From Polyangiales bacterium (GTDB lineage: Bacteria; Myxococcota_A; Polyangia; Polyangiales; Ga0077539), in NCBI GenBank assembly GCA_044229975.1, contig JBGARZ010000001.1, positions 608,001-672,000 on the forward strand: a stretch of DNA of 64,000 bases, given 5' to 3'. The translations under genes and the position numbers were made by a program. Below the pieces are notes generated by a model. It was not told where the DNA came from. It made no database searches and saw only the letters and a program-made list of their open reading frames with translations. This document shows positions 18,674 to 29,127 of the stretch, piece after piece (the stretch's first letter is position 1; every line of letters begins with the position of its first letter).

Positions 18674-20671
18674 GTGAGTAAGGGAAGCATCGCCGTCTCC
18701 GCGCTATTGGCGCTGATCGTCAGTTTCTTCGCGGGCTACGCCACGACACCGCGGAGTCGATCGCGATGGCGCGATTGGTCCCGCTTCACGGTCGCAGACC
18801 GCCGGGTCGCTCACCCGATGGACGACGCCGAACGCATTCCCATCGGCGCGTCCCCAATGCTCGGCCCCGAAGATGCGCTCGTCACCATCGTGCAGTTTGG
18901 AGACTTCGAGTGTCCGTTCTGCGCGCGCGTCGAGCAGACGCTCCAACAGATCCGCCAGCAGTACGGGCGCGACGTCCGCGTCGTCTGGAAGAACGCTCCA
19001 CTGCCCTTCCACCAGAACGCCGTCCCCGCGGCCGAGGCCGCGATGGAGGCGATGGCCCAGTGCGGTCACGACGGGTTCTGGCGGATGCACGACCTGCTCT
19101 ATCGCGAGCAGCAGAAACTCAGCACGGCCACCCTGGAGCACCTCGCGCTCGAAGCCGGCCTCGACCTCACCCGCTCCCGCGCGGCCCTCCACGACCACCG
19201 GCACCGGGCCTCCATCGATCGCGACGTGGCCCTCGCGCAGACCCTCAGCGCACAGGGCACGCCCAACTTCTTCATCAACGGAACCCAGGTCACCGGCGCC
19301 CAGCCCTTCGACCGATTCCAGAGCGTCATCGACCGCGTGATCGCCCGCGCGCGCACCATCGAGCCGCGCCGACATGCCTACGCCGCCATGGTCGTCGACC
19401 CGGTGAACGTCTCGGATCCGCATCGTGAGCCGCCCGCGTGCGGAGGAGGACTCTGGCCGCAGGAGGACTTCCCCGGTCGATGGCGCGTGCCGGTGGAGCA
19501 CTCGCCGGTGCAGGGACCGAGCACGGCGCTCGTGACGATGGTGATGTTCGGGGACTTCGAGTGCCCCTTCTGCGCGCGGGCGAGAGGCACCGTGGCGCAG
19601 CTCCGCGCCCGCTACGGCAACGACCTCCGAGTGGTGTGGAAGAACGAACCCCTGCCCTTCCACACGGCGTCGCGCCCGGCGGCCGAGCTCGCGATGGAAG
19701 CCTTCGCCCAACGCGGCAACGAAGGGTTCTGGCGGATGCACGACCTCCTCTTCGCACACCAGAGCGCCCTCGATCGCGCTCACCTCGATGGGTACGCCCT
19801 GCGGTCGGGCCTCGACATGGACCGCTACACCGCAGCGATGAACGCCCACACCCACGGCGCCGCCATCGACGCCGACCACGCCCTCGGCCAGACGGTCCGG
19901 GCCAACGGCGTCCCGCACTTCTTCCTCAACGGCTTTCGTCTCGTCGGCGCCCAACCGCTCGACACCTTCGTCCGCGCCATCGACGAGGAACGGAGGCGGG
20001 CGGCGGAGTTCATGCGGGCCCACCCCGACGTCACCCGCGCCGATCTCTACGAGCGCATGGTGCTCAACCCTCCACCGCCCCCTCCGGCGCTGCCCGCCGA
20101 CGAGGAGGGCCGCGTCTACCCCGTGCGCGACAACCCGCATGCCCCGAGCTTCGGCCCGGCCAACGCACGCGTCGTGATCCAGCACTTCGCGGACTACCAG
20201 TGCCCGTTCTCGTCGCGCGTCGGGCCGGCCATCGCGCGCATCCGCCAGCGCTACGGCGACCGCGTGCGCTTCGTGTGGCGGGACTATCCGCTGCCCTTCC
20301 ATCCCGCGGCGATGCCCGCCGCCGAGGCTGCTCGCGAGGCGTACGCCCAGCGCGGAAACGCGGGCTTCTGGCGCTTTCACGACTACCTCTTCGAACACCA
20401 GCAGCACATCGAGCGCGAGGACCTCGAACGCTACGCCCGCGAGCAGGGACTCGACGTCGACCGCTTCCGCGCCGCGCTCGATCGCCACATCCACAAGCGC
20501 GGCATCGAGGAGGACATGGCCGCCGCCGACGCCACCGGCGCCTCCATCGGCACGCCCGCCTTCTTCATCGGGGGAAGGTTCGTCGCGGGCGCGTTGGCGT
20601 TCGAGGAGTACGAGCGGCGCATCGACGCCGCGCTCGCCGCCACCACGTGGGTGGTGCTCCCGCATCGGTAG
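18674..20671 (+). CDS. Triple-domain DsbA/thioredoxin-fold protein
   Basis: Three repeats: DFECPFC, DFECPFC, DYQCPFS, each with PLPFH and GTP/GVP..FF. Confidence 0.93.
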   Translation: MSKGSIAVSALLALIVSFFAGYATTPRSRSRWRDWSRFTVADRRVAHPMDDAERIPIGASPMLGPEDALVTIVQFGDFECPFCARVEQTLQQIRQQYGRDVRVVWKNAPLPFHQNAVPAAEAAMEAMAQCGHDGFWRMHDLLYREQQKLSTATLEHLALEAGLDLTRSRAALHDHRHRASIDRDVALAQTLSAQGTPNFFINGTQVTGAQPFDRFQSVIDRVIARARTIEPRRHAYAAMVVDPVNVSDPHREPPACGGGLWPQEDFPGRWRVPVEHSPVQGPSTALVTMVMFGDFECPFCARARGTVAQLRARYGNDLRVVWKNEPLPFHTASRPAAELAMEAFAQRGNEGFWRMHDLLFAHQSALDRAHLDGYALRSGLDMDRYTAAMNAHTHGAAIDADHALGQTVRANGVPHFFLNGFRLVGAQPLDTFVRAIDEERRRAAEFMRAHPDVTRADLYERMVLNPPPPPPALPADEEGRVYPVRDNPHAPSFGPANARVVIQHFADYQCPFSSRVGPAIARIRQRYGDRVRFVWRDYPLPFHPAAMPAAEAAREAYAQRGNAGFWRFHDYLFEHQQHIEREDLERYAREQGLDVDRFRAALDRHIHKRGIEEDMAAADATGASIGTPAFFIGGRFVAGALAFEEYERRIDAALAATTWVVLPHR

Positions 20672-20791
20672 CGGTGCTCTCGCGTGCCCGCGCCGGCCCG
20701 ACCGATCGGCGCGCTCCACCGCAACGCGAGCAACCAGTATCCGGGCCGTCGCGCAGCAGCGCCGCGCGTTCGCCCCATCGCCCGCTGCCGA

Positions 20792-21115
20792 CTACCGGTC
20801 GGCGCCCATTGCGTCGGGCGCGTCGTCGGGGGTTGCATCCACCGCGGCGTCGCCCGCATCGACTTCCCAGACGCTGCATTGCGCGGGCGGGCACCCGTAC
20901 GCAGGCACCGGGGTGGCACCGCAGCCGTCGAGCGCAGCGCTGGCCGCCATCGTCGCGCCGACGACGAACGCGACCGCCCGAAGGGTGCGTGTGCCGCCCG
21001 TCGCGCCTTCAGGCGCGCTCGTTGGCGCCACGGGGCAAGCGCAGAACGGACACACGGCGGCCGATGTGTCGACGTGTCGAGAGCAGGACGGACAGGGGCT
21101 GAGCTGGGTGCGCAT
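20792..21115 (-). CDS. Small Cys-motif lipoprotein-like protein with PAYG-x-PP motif
   Basis: CPSCSRHV..CPFC, hydrophobic segment, LDGC, PVPAYGCPP. Confidence 0.7.
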   Translation of the reverse strand: MRTQLSPCPSCSRHVDTSAAVCPFCACPVAPTSAPEGATGGTRTLRAVAFVVGATMAASAALDGCGATPVPAYGCPPAQCSVWEVDAGDAAVDATPDDAPDAMGADR

Positions 21116-21217
21116 CGTCGAACACTACCTCCGCTTCACTCCCCGTCACCGCCTCTCGGCCTTGCCCTCCGTCGCCGACTCCGCGGAGGCCACACGTTCA
21201 TGCCGTATCGTCGTCGC

Positions 21218-21760
21218 GTGAAGCCGCCCGCCGCCCCATCGACGTCTCCGTGTCCGCTCTTCTTGTTCATGAGTGCCTTGGCCATCGCCTGCGTCGCACG
21301 CCCGCCACAGGCCGCGCCCGCGATGACGGTGGTCGCCGTGTCGCCGACCCCGGATGCGACGGTCACCCTCGACGCAGCCATGAGCACCCCCGACGTCGGG
21401 GCGCCACGCGATGCCCCGACGGTCGACGTCCGGCGGGTTCGCCGAAACGGATGCTTTCTCGGCTCGGCGCTGTTCAGCCCGTGCCACGGCATCCCGCTGC
21501 CGGCCCCGCCGACGCCGATGGCGGTCGCCGTGTGCGACGGGTGCCGCGACGACGCCGACTGCACGACAAGCCGTAGTGGGCGCTGCGTGCTGGTGATGGG
21601 CAACACCTGCACGCCTCCAGCGCACGCGTGCCGCTACCCCGACGACGACTGCGCGCGACGATGCCAGTCCTCGCAGGGCGCGCTCCACTGCGTCCACGAC
21701 GGGCGGGGCCACGCGACCTGCCAACCACCCGCTGCGCCTCCGCCCGCAGCGCCGCATTGA
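21218..21760 (+). CDS. Cys-rich lipoprotein-like hypothetical protein
   Basis: LAIAC lipobox, C-terminal Cys cluster; start uncertain. Confidence 0.5.
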   Translation: MKPPAAPSTSPCPLFLFMSALAIACVARPPQAAPAMTVVAVSPTPDATVTLDAAMSTPDVGAPRDAPTVDVRRVRRNGCFLGSALFSPCHGIPLPAPPTPMAVAVCDGCRDDADCTTSRSGRCVLVMGNTCTPPAHACRYPDDDCARRCQSSQGALHCVHDGRGHATCQPPAAPPPAAPH

Positions 21761-21794
21761 CCGACCCGTCCGCGCCGCACCAGCGACGCAGCGG

Positions 21795-22265
21795 CTACCG
21801 CAGCGGTTGGGCGACGGCGGCAGCGCGGCGGAGGCGCGAGCGGACGACCTCCTGGCCCGACCATGTCCAGTCCATGGAATCGGCGTCGCAGCGGGCGTCG
21901 ATGCGGCCCGCGGGCGCGCAGGTGCCGGGGTTGTGCGTGTAGACCTCGGTCCAGGTGACGACGAGGCCGTTGCGGCGACAGTTCACGAGGTAGCCGCCGC
22001 AGCCGAGCGACGGGTACTCGATGGTCCCGCAGCGGGCGCCCTCCTCGGACGTGACGACCATGTCGATGCTCCACGGGCTGCCGCTGCTACCGCTCCCCGT
22101 CCCCTGCCAGCGTCCCAGGCACGACGGACCGGGCGCAGGCGTCGGCACCACGGGCGGCGCGGGCGGCGGCGGCGAGTTGATGGGCGCAACCGGCCGGTCG
22201 GCGAAGGCCACCGCCGGGACGACGAGCAGGACGAGCAGGGCGAGCGGTCGACGCGGGTGGTTCAT
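21795..22265 (-). CDS. Secreted hypothetical protein
   Basis: Signal peptide, WQGTG..IEYPSLGCGG beta-rich domain. Confidence 0.7.
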   Translation of the reverse strand: MNHPRRPLALLVLLVVPAVAFADRPVAPINSPPPPAPPVVPTPAPGPSCLGRWQGTGSGSSGSPWSIDMVVTSEEGARCGTIEYPSLGCGGYLVNCRRNGLVVTWTEVYTHNPGTCAPAGRIDARCDADSMDWTWSGQEVVRSRLRRAAAVAQPLR

Positions 22266-22454
22266 GGCACCGCGAGTGTACGGCCGAAGGGCCCGGCAGA
22301 ATGTACTGGCGCGGCTTCGTAGCCACGCAGAAGGCCATCGGATTGGCGCTTGTGCTTCGTCAGGGGTGCCGTCGACTATTCAGCCTCCACCGGTTGAGAC
22401 GCGTCGGGTGAGCCGGGCAGCGTCTCCGCGGGTGCACCAGCAGGAGGCGAATAG

Positions 22455-24956
22455 ATGGAGACGAAGCAACGCGCTCAACGATGGGTCGCGGTCGTGTCGG
22501 TTGTCGGGTTCGCGATGGCGTGCAACCCCGACCCGGTGGCGACCCCGACGGACGTTCCCGCCGCCGACGGAGGCGGTGGCGACACCGGCGGCGACACGGG
22601 GACCGTGGACGATCAGGGCACCGCGGAGGACAGACCCGCCGTCGACACCGGCGGGTTCGACGCCCCGTCGCAGGACATCGGAGGAGGCCCGGACGTCGTC
22701 GTCGACATGGACTCGTCCATCGACGCGGGCGGAGGCAGCGACGCGACGGACATCGACGCGCCCGACGTCCTGACCTGCGGCGCCGACCTCACCGCGTGCG
22801 GCGCCACGTGCGTCGACACCCGCTCCAGCAGCGCCAACTGCGGCGCGTGCGGCACCGCCTGTACCGGCGGCACGAGCTGTACCGCCGGGACCTGCACCTG
22901 CCCCGCGGGCCAGGTCTCGTGCAGCGGAACCTGCGTCGACACCACCAGCAGCGCCACCAACTGCGGCGCGTGCGGCACCGCGTGCGCCGCCGGGCAGGTG
23001 TGCTCGGCGGGCGTCTGCGGAAGCTCCTGCGGCGCCGGGCTGATCTCGTGCGGCGGCGCGTGCGTCGACACCCAGTCGAACAACGCCCACTGCGGCGGCT
23101 GCGGCGTCGCCTGCACCGGCGGCACGACCTGCGTCTCGGGCGGATGCGCCTGCCCGAGCGGACTCACCCGCTGCGGTGACGCGTGCGTCGACACGCGCAG
23201 CGCCGCGGCCAACTGCGGTACCTGCGGCACGGCTTGCTCCGCGGGCCAGGTGTGCTCGGCGGGCGTGTGCGCCACGAGCTGCGCGACCGGCACCACCAAC
23301 TGCTCCGGCGCGTGCGTCGACACGACCTCCAGCGCCACCAACTGCGGCGCGTGCGGCGTCTCGTGCACCGGCGGCACCGCGTGCGTCGCGGGCGCCTGCG
23401 CCTGCCCGGCGGGCCAGAGCCTCTGCGGCGGCGTGTGCACTGCGACCTCGACCGACTCGCGCAACTGCGGCGCGTGCGGCCGGGCGTGCAGCGTCGGCCA
23501 GGCGTGCGCGGCGGGGAGCTGCGTCGTCGAGTGCCCGGCCGGGACCACCAACTGCGGCGGCGTCTGCTTCGACCTCGGCACCAGCGCGGGCAACTGCGGC
23601 GCGTGCGGCGTAGCCTGCACCGGCGGGCGCACCTGCACCGGCGGGAGCTGCGTCTGCGCGGCGGGCCTCACGAGCTGCTCGGGCGCCTGCGCCAACACCC
23701 AGACCGACGGCGCCAACTGCGGCGCCTGCGGGCGCACCTGCGGCGCGAGCCAGCTCTGCTCGGCGGGCGTCTGCACGCTCGTCTGCGCAGCGGGCACCAC
23801 CAACTGCGGCGGGTCGTGCGTCAACCAGCAGACCGACAGCGCCAACTGCGGCGCGTGCGGGGCGGCGTGCACCGGCGGCCAGGTCTGCACCGCGGGCGCC
23901 TGCGGGTGCCCGACGGGTCAGCTCCTCTGCGGCGGCGTCTGCATCAACCCGCAGACCAACAACACCAACTGCGGCATCTGCGGAAACCTCTGCGCGGGCG
24001 CCACGACGTGCACGGCGGGCGTCTGCGCGTGCCCGACCGGCCAGGGCCTCTGCGGCGGCGCGTGCACCGACCTGACCAACAGCCGCACCAACTGCGGCGC
24101 CTGCGGGCGCAACTGCATGGGCGGTCAGGTCTGCAACGCGGGCGTCTGCGGCGCGACCTGCGCCACGGGGCTCACCAACTGCAACGGCAACTGCATCAAC
24201 ACGCAGACCAGCACCGCCAACTGCGGCGCCTGCAACCGCGCCTGCGGCGGCACGGCGACCTGCGCGGCGGGCGCCTGCACCTGCGCGACGGGGCAGAACT
24301 ACTGCGCGGGCGGCGGCGGTGGTGGCGGCGGCGGCGCGGGCTGCTTCGACCTCCAGAGCAACTCGCTCCACTGCGGCACCTGCGCGACCACCTGCACTGG
24401 AGGAACGGTCTGCACGGCGGGCGTCTGCGCGTGCCCGGCCGGCCAGACGCGCTGCGGGGCGACCTGCGTCAACACGCAGACCAGCAACACCAACTGCGGC
24501 GCCTGCGGCCGCACCTGCGGGACGGGTCAGACCTGCACCGCGGGCGTGTGCGTGTGCCCGACGGGCAACACGATGTGCGGCTCGGCGTGCGTCAACCTCC
24601 AGACGTCGAGCACCAACTGCGGCCTGTGCGGCAACACCTGCGCGGGCGGCACGGCGTGCTCGGCGGGGCGCTGCACCTGCCCGGCTGGCCAGATGCTCTG
24701 CGGCTCGGCGTGCGTCAACACCACGACCAGCACCGCCAACTGCGGCGCCTGCGGGCGCACCTGCGGCGACGGCCAGGTCTGCACCGCGGGCGCCTGCGCC
24801 TGCGCCACGGGCGGCATCACGGGCAGCCTCACCAACTGCGGCGCCGATGGTGGTGCTCTGGCCTGCTTCAACCTCAACTTCAGCAACTCCAACTGCGGGG
24901 CGTGCGGTCGCGCCTGCGCCGCTGGCCAGCGCTGCCTCCTCGGCGTCTGCCGCTGA
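22455..24956 (+). CDS. Large Cys-rich repeat lipoprotein (Stig1/MXAN_6577-like repeats)
   Basis: Lipobox AMAC; 17 C-x8-(N/H)CGxC units. Confidence 0.9.
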   Translation: METKQRAQRWVAVVSVVGFAMACNPDPVATPTDVPAADGGGGDTGGDTGTVDDQGTAEDRPAVDTGGFDAPSQDIGGGPDVVVDMDSSIDAGGGSDATDIDAPDVLTCGADLTACGATCVDTRSSSANCGACGTACTGGTSCTAGTCTCPAGQVSCSGTCVDTTSSATNCGACGTACAAGQVCSAGVCGSSCGAGLISCGGACVDTQSNNAHCGGCGVACTGGTTCVSGGCACPSGLTRCGDACVDTRSAAANCGTCGTACSAGQVCSAGVCATSCATGTTNCSGACVDTTSSATNCGACGVSCTGGTACVAGACACPAGQSLCGGVCTATSTDSRNCGACGRACSVGQACAAGSCVVECPAGTTNCGGVCFDLGTSAGNCGACGVACTGGRTCTGGSCVCAAGLTSCSGACANTQTDGANCGACGRTCGASQLCSAGVCTLVCAAGTTNCGGSCVNQQTDSANCGACGAACTGGQVCTAGACGCPTGQLLCGGVCINPQTNNTNCGICGNLCAGATTCTAGVCACPTGQGLCGGACTDLTNSRTNCGACGRNCMGGQVCNAGVCGATCATGLTNCNGNCINTQTSTANCGACNRACGGTATCAAGACTCATGQNYCAGGGGGGGGGAGCFDLQSNSLHCGTCATTCTGGTVCTAGVCACPAGQTRCGATCVNTQTSNTNCGACGRTCGTGQTCTAGVCVCPTGNTMCGSACVNLQTSSTNCGLCGNTCAGGTACSAGRCTCPAGQMLCGSACVNTTTSTANCGACGRTCGDGQVCTAGACACATGGITGSLTNCGADGGALACFNLNFSNSNCGACGRACAAGQRCLLGVCR

Positions 24957-25030
24957 GACCCTGAAGCCTCGCAACGGTGCGGCGGCGCTACTCCCTCCCT
25001 CCGGGCGGGAGGAGTATCGTCGCCGCCATC

Positions 25031-26596
25031 ATGCTGACCCGACGAGACCTGTTGAGCGGAGTGGGCGCCTCGGTGGCCTTGGGTACGGTGACCGCGGGCT
25101 GCGGCGGCGACGGCGACCCGGCTCCGGCGTCCATCGACGTGGACTTCCTCCATGGCGTCGCGAGCGGCGACCCGATGCCCGACAAGGTCATCCTCTGGAC
25201 CCGGGTCACGCCGCGCGCCGGAGCGTCAGGCACCGCGGTGGTGCGCTGGGAGGTCTCGCGCACGCTCGACTTCGCGGCGCTCGTCGCGTCGGGGTCGTTC
25301 AGCACCACGGCCGAGCGCGACTACACCGTCAAGGTCGACGCGAGCGGCCTGCCCGCCGGCACGACGCTCTACTACCGCTTCAGCGTCAACGCGACGCGCT
25401 CACCCATCGGCCGCACCCGCACCGCGGCGTCGGGCGCGCTCGATCGGCTGCGGCTCGCGCTCGTGTCGTGCTCCAGCTACGCGCACGGGTATTTCCACGT
25501 CTACCGCGACGTCGCGGAGATCGCCGACCTCGACGCGGTCGTCCACCTCGGCGACTACATCTACGAGTTCCAGAACTTCCTCTACGGCAACGTCCGCACG
25601 TACGACCCGCCCGAGGCGGTGTACACGCTCGCGGGCTACCGTCGACGGCACGCGTACTACAAGCGCGACGCGGACGTGCGGGCGCTCCACCAGCAGCACC
25701 CGATGATCGCGGTCTGGGACGACCACGAGTTCGCCAACAACACGTGGATGACGGGCGCGGACAACCACTCCGAGGAGTTCGAGGGCGCGTGGGCGACGCG
25801 CAAGGCCGCCGCGCAGAAGGCGTACTTCGAGTGGATGCCCATCCGCGAGCAGGCCAACGGCGCCATCTGGCGCAAGCTCTCCTTCGGCAACCTCGTCGAC
25901 CTGATGATGCTCGACACGCGCGTCTGGGCGCGCAGCATGCAGATGGTCGAGCCCGTCGTAAACGACGCGCAGCGCACCCTCCTCGGCAACGACCAGGAGC
26001 AGTGGCTGCTCAACGCGGTGATGACCTCGACCGCGCGCTGGAAGCTCCTCGGTCAGCAGGTGGCCATGGGCCCCATCCACCCGTACCCCAACCCCGATGC
26101 GTGGGAGGGGTACGCCACGGCGCGCACGCGCTTCCTCCAGGCGCTCGCGACGATGCGCGCGTCCAACGTGGCGGTGCTCACGGGCGATATCCATTCGTCG
26201 TGGGCGATGGACGTCGCCATCGACCCGTTCACGCCGTCGGCCTACGACCCGGCGACGGGGCGCGGATCGCTCGGGGTGGAGTTCATCACGCCGGCCGTGA
26301 CGTCACCGGGCGACGAGCCCGACGCGGTGGCCGCCACCATCGTCGCGCAAAACCCCCACATGCGGTACGCCGAGCCGGGCCTGCGCGGGTATGTGCTGCT
26401 CGACTGCACGCCCGAGCGCGCGCACGGCTCCTGGTACCACCTCGCGGCGGGCAGCATCGAGCGACGCGAGCGCCAGCGAACGACCTTCAGCAGCGCATGG
26501 ATGACGCTCAACGACGCCAACCATCTCGTCGCGGGCGGCGATGCTCCAGCGCCTCGGGCCAACGCGGCGGCGCTGGTTCCGTTCGAGCCGGCGTGA
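25031..26596 (+). CDS. phoD: Alkaline phosphatase D family protein, Tat-exported
   Basis: TRRDLL Tat motif, FLHGVASGDP, HLGDYIYE, WDDHE, LDTR, TGDIH. Confidence 0.95.
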   Translation: MLTRRDLLSGVGASVALGTVTAGCGGDGDPAPASIDVDFLHGVASGDPMPDKVILWTRVTPRAGASGTAVVRWEVSRTLDFAALVASGSFSTTAERDYTVKVDASGLPAGTTLYYRFSVNATRSPIGRTRTAASGALDRLRLALVSCSSYAHGYFHVYRDVAEIADLDAVVHLGDYIYEFQNFLYGNVRTYDPPEAVYTLAGYRRRHAYYKRDADVRALHQQHPMIAVWDDHEFANNTWMTGADNHSEEFEGAWATRKAAAQKAYFEWMPIREQANGAIWRKLSFGNLVDLMMLDTRVWARSMQMVEPVVNDAQRTLLGNDQEQWLLNAVMTSTARWKLLGQQVAMGPIHPYPNPDAWEGYATARTRFLQALATMRASNVAVLTGDIHSSWAMDVAIDPFTPSAYDPATGRGSLGVEFITPAVTSPGDEPDAVAATIVAQNPHMRYAEPGLRGYVLLDCTPERAHGSWYHLAAGSIERRERQRTTFSSAWMTLNDANHLVAGGDAPAPRANAAALVPFEPA

Positions 26597-27345
26597 GCGA
26601 GCGGCCGCACCTGTCGCTGGTGATCCCGGCCTTCAACGAGGCCCGGCGGCTGCCGGCGACGATGCGCCGCATCGCGGAGTACGGCGACGGCTTCGGGTGC
26701 TCGGTCGAGGTGCTCGTGGTGGTCGAGCGCAGCACCGATGACACGCTCGCGCTGGCGCGAGACGTGGCGAAGAGCGCCCGGTGCTTCGAGGTGATCGACA
26801 ACGAGGTGCAGCGGGGCAAGGGGTACGCGGTGCGCTCGGGCGTGCTGCGCGCGCGGGGCGAGCACGTGCTCTACATGGACGCCGATTTGAGTGTTCCGCT
26901 GGAGGACGTGGTGGCCTTCGTGGAGCACTTCGGCGCGCACCCCGAGGTGGACGTGCTGGTGGGCAACCGGCAGCACGCGCAGAGCCACATCGTGCGGCGG
27001 CAGTCGTGGCTGCGCGAGCGCATGGGGCGGACCTTCAACCGGGCGCTGCGGTCGCTGTCGCTGCTGGATCTGCGCGACACGCAGTGCGGGTTCAAGGCCT
27101 TTCGCGCGGGCGCGGCGCGGCGGATCTTCTCGCGGCAGCGGCTCGACGGCTTTGCCTTCGACGTGGAGGTGCTGCTGCTGGCCGAAGCGCTGGGGCACCG
27201 GGTGGGTGACCTGCCGGTGCGCTGGGTGAACTCGCCCGAGTCGAAGGTGGGGATGCTGCGCGACAGCGCGCGGATGCTGGCGGACGCAGTGCGGGTGCGA
27301 CGCCTGGTGGCGGAGACGATGCGGGCGCGACCGGCGGAGGAGTGA
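26593..27345 (+). CDS. GT2 dolichyl-phosphate beta-glucosyltransferase-like protein
   Basis: SLVIPAFNE, GKGYAVRSG, MDAD, DTQCGFK, FAFDVE. Confidence 0.92.
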   Translation: MSERPHLSLVIPAFNEARRLPATMRRIAEYGDGFGCSVEVLVVVERSTDDTLALARDVAKSARCFEVIDNEVQRGKGYAVRSGVLRARGEHVLYMDADLSVPLEDVVAFVEHFGAHPEVDVLVGNRQHAQSHIVRRQSWLRERMGRTFNRALRSLSLLDLRDTQCGFKAFRAGAARRIFSRQRLDGFAFDVEVLLLAEALGHRVGDLPVRWVNSPESKVGMLRDSARMLADAVRVRRLVAETMRARPAEE

Positions 27346-27400
27346 GCGGGGATTCGATCCCCTGTGCGCGTCGCGAATCCCTTGGTAGCGTGCGCGCATC

Positions 27401-27910
27401 ATGGCGAACCCCACCGCACTCCTCGAGACGTCCCTCGGCAACATCAGGGTCGAACTCTTCGTCGACCAGATGCCCATCACGGCCGGCAACTTCGTGAAGC
27501 TCGCGAAGTCCGGCTTCTACGATGGCCTGCACTTCCACCGCGTGATCAACGCCTTCATGCTCCAGTTCGGCTGCCCGTACAGCAAGGACCCCAAGAGCGG
27601 TCGCGCGGGTACCGGCGACGGCCCCGACGGCAACATCAAGGACGAGTTCGCCGCGAAGCTCTCCAACGAGGTCGGCACGCTCTCCATGGCGAACACCGGC
27701 GCCCCCAACAGCGGGTCGAGCCAGTTCTTCATCAACACCAAGCACAACGCCTTCCTCGACTGGTTTTCGCCCGGCGCGTCGAAGCACCCGGTGTTCGGCA
27801 AGGTCATCGAGGGCATGGACGTCGTGAAGAAGATCGAGACGACCCCGACCGACGCCAACGACCGCCCGCGCACCCCGGTGCAGATGATCCGCGTGACCGT
27901 CCAGGAGTGA
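27401..27910 (+). CDS. Cyclophilin-type peptidyl-prolyl isomerase
   Basis: [31 protein letters not shown]. Confidence 0.96.
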   Translation: MANPTALLETSLGNIRVELFVDQMPITAGNFVKLAKSGFYDGLHFHRVINAFMLQFGCPYSKDPKSGRAGTGDGPDGNIKDEFAAKLSNEVGTLSMANTGAPNSGSSQFFINTKHNAFLDWFSPGASKHPVFGKVIEGMDVVKKIETTPTDANDRPRTPVQMIRVTVQE

Positions 27911-27992
27911 GCCGCGCCGCGCATTCGACGCGGCGAACGCCGACCGTCTGAAGGGTTGCGTCCCTCCCTCGCAAATGGGGGGGTGAGGTGCC

Positions 27993-28376
27993 ATGCAACG
28001 ACCCCCGATGACGCGACACCGCGTCGGCCTCGCGACCTTAGTTCTTGCCGGATGCGTCAACTCAGCCACCATCACCAGCTCGCGCGACGCGTCGCCTGAC
28101 GCCGGCGTCGGCCTCTCCGATGTCTTCGTCGACGCGGGGCTGCCGTCACGCGACGCTTCGACCACCGACCAACCAGTGTTCGTCGTCACCGACGGGGTCG
28201 TCGTTGTCAGCGACGCCCGACCCGCCGTCGACGCGTCGTCACCCGATGCCATCGCGACGTGCGCGGGCGTCCGTTGCGCCGCGGGTGAGTCGTGGGCGCC
28301 TGCCCATAGGCGCGTTGGATCAGTGCCGCGTCATGGTGTCCCTACAAACCGAATAACTTTTCGAGGAACTCGCTGA
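27993..28376 (+). pseudogene. Probably truncated lipoprotein gene
   Basis: LAGC lipobox and DA-rich linker; a Cys domain starts (CAGVRCAAGES) then runs into the convergent gene. Confidence 0.4.
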
Positions 28377-29127
28377 CGGCGACGATGCGCGGGAGCTTGA
28401 GCGTGTCGCCCTTGAGCCAACGGTTGTCCTGGATGGACACCTGCACCGCCTTGCCGGGCCTCAGCACGTTGGCGACACACGCAACCATCGCCTTCTTGGG
28501 ACCAGCTGGCGCCCCGAAGGCTTTTCGATCATCACGATCGAACGCCGGGCCTTCGAGAGACACGCCCTCCACGTACGATCGTGCGCCCGCGAGGAGTGCC
28601 GGGTAGGTCACCTCAGCAGCTTCGATCAGCAAGTCTTCCAGCGTGCCCGCGGACGTGTTGTCGGGGAGCACGAAGACTCCGCACCGAGGAGAGCTCATCG
28701 ACACGTTGCCTGACACATCGGGAAGGGTCAGGCCGAGCGCTGCGAGGCCACCCCGGATGGCGGCAAACCGCGTGGTCGGCAACGCGTCGCCGTCGGCGTC
28801 GAGCAGAACGCCCACACCGCCAAGATCGGCCATGCCGTTCGGTAGCAAGGCGAGACTCTCTTCCACGGTGCCAACGAGGCGCGTATCGCCAACGGCTGCC
28901 TGCACCGCGATCGAGTGCGTGCCACTCGCGAAGAACACGGGGACAGGCATGCGCTTGAGAAGATCCTCACCGTCCGACGGGAAGTTCCGCGGCACGAGAG
29001 GCAACCAGAAAGGGTCGAGCGCTGACAGGGTCTTGATCCGAGCCAGGCCGAATGGCTTCAGCAGACGGCCGACGAACTCGACGTCGTGCGGACCTTCGAC
29101 GACAAGGTAGCTGCGGTTCGTCGTCAC
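28342..29127 (-). CDS. DUF3226-like (TOPRIM-like) protein
   Basis: VVEGPHD, LDAD, FVLPDN..GTLEDLL motifs; GTG overlaps the ATPase stop. Confidence 0.8.
   Translation of the reverse strand: MTTNRSYLVVEGPHDVEFVGRLLKPFGLARIKTLSALDPFWLPLVPRNFPSDGEDLLKRMPVPVFFASGTHSIAVQAAVGDTRLVGTVEESLALLPNGMADLGGVGVLLDADGDALPTTRFAAIRGGLAALGLTLPDVSGNVSMSSPRCGVFVLPDNTSAGTLEDLLIEAAEVTYPALLAGARSYVEGVSLEGPAFDRDDRKAFGAPAGPKKAMVACVANVLRPGKAVQVSIQDNRWLKGDTLKLPRIVAVSEFLEKLFGL

Noticed and set aside
22380..24974. Long antisense and alternate-frame ORFs here and throughout (e.g. 3780-5900, 24319-26592, 61303-63699)
   Set aside because: Arg/Ala/Pro-rich shadow ORFs expected at high GC, overlapping well-supported genes
27346..27382. 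tRNA-like GGGGATTCGATCCCC
   Set aside because: No cloverleaf can be built; only short inverted repeats in a 55-bp gap
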